A stretch of 14,172 nucleotides of DNA from the NCBI GenBank assembly GCA_038046625.1, contig JBBSVV010000009.1, positions 1-14,172 on the forward strand, read 5' to 3'. The DNA comes from an archaeon. Its GTDB lineage: Archaea > Iainarchaeota > Iainarchaeia > Iainarchaeales > Iainarchaeaceae. Within the stretch, counting starts at the first letter, position 1. Every line of letters starts with the position of its first letter. The notes under the pieces were generated by a model that made no database searches, had not been told where the DNA came from, and worked only from the letters and a program-made list of their open reading frames with translations. Shown piece after piece: positions 13,565 to 14,172 of the stretch. The position numbers and the translations under genes were made by a program.

Positions 13565-14172
13565 ATGGGACATAAAGCCGCCATCATCGGCCTCATCATT
13601 GCAGGGGCAATCTGGGGCATTTCGGGCTTTGCCGCAAAATTCTTCATAGAACTCGGTTTTTCTTTCATATTCATCCTGTGGCTTTCCAACATTTTCAGGT
13701 TCATCTCGGTCTGGCTCATTTCTGATTACAAGGGGATTAAGCACGAGGTTGTAACTGACATAAAGGAGCTGAGGATGATTCTCCTCAACGGCCTCTTTGC
13801 GCTTTTTACCCCGCTTTTTTTCCTCGCTTCGCTTGTTTACACTACGCTTTCTAACGCTTACTTCATTGCTTATACTGCACCTGCGTGGGTGCTTGTCGGT
13901 GCCGTGCTTCTGCTCGGCGAAAAATTGACAGCGAAAAAGGTTTTTGGTTTGGCCCTCACCATTCTCGGGCTGTTCTTCATTGCAAACCCGGAAAGCATTC
14001 TCTCGCTTGACCTCGGGTTTGTTTTCAGCTTCATTGCAGCGCTCACTTACGCGGGAGATATAATAACTTCCCGTGAATTGAAGGATTATCCTTTCCACAC
14101 GGTTTCGATTTATGCCAACGGCTTCCAGACGATTGTGCTCACAATGGTTGTGCCGTTCACGGGCCTGGTTCC
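13565..14172 (+). CDS. EamA/DMT-family transporter (runs off the window end)
   Basis: Not in the ORF track because it has no stop in the window. Manual translation gives MGHKAAIIGLIIAGAIWGISGFAAK...YTAPAWVLVGAVLLLGEKLTAKKVFGLALTILGLFFI, with multiple TM helices and EamA motifs (IWG, YTAP, LGEK). Confidence 0.9.
   Translation, partial: MGHKAAIIGLIIAGAIWGISGFAAKFFIELGFSFIFILWLSNIFRFISVWLISDYKGIKHEVVTDIKELRMILLNGLFALFTPLFFLASLVYTTLSNAYFIAYTAPAWVLVGAVLLLGEKLTAKKVFGLALTILGLFFIANPESILSLDLGFVFSFIAALTYAGDIITSRELKDYPFHTVSIYANGFQTIVLTMVVPFTGLV

Noticed and set aside
13553..14098. 181-aa minus-strand ORF
   Set aside because: Antisense shadow of the EamA transporter encoded on the plus strand.

Overview
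Archaeal chromosomal region, probably a DPANN-type lineage (inferred from divergent information-processing proteins, TATA/BRE promoters and short basic ORFans). The core is the conserved exosome/proteasome/RNase P superoperon on the + strand: rpl15e, rnp3 (Rpp30), an inserted HD-domain gene, rnp2 (Pop5), an inserted ORFan, psmA, SBDS/Sdo1, rrp4, rrp41, rrp42, rpl37ae, rpoP (missing from the ORF track), pcc1, pfdB and a DHH phosphoesterase. To the left are a TtuA/NcsA tRNA 2-thiolase and an AbrB-type antitoxin/VapC toxin pair with a perfect palindromic operator. To the right are three small minus-strand genes (HTH, Zn-ribbon, Lys-rich), a bacterial-type fused ribBA and a truncated EamA transporter. 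The most striking observation is a 126-nt, GC-rich, multi-hairpin insertion that sits in frame inside the Pop5 gene (4119-4244). A 31-nt piece of it recurs (28/31 identical) at 11476-11506, next to a 37-bp duplication of a gene 3' end. This suggests an uncharacterised dispersed palindromic element that can enter coding sequences.
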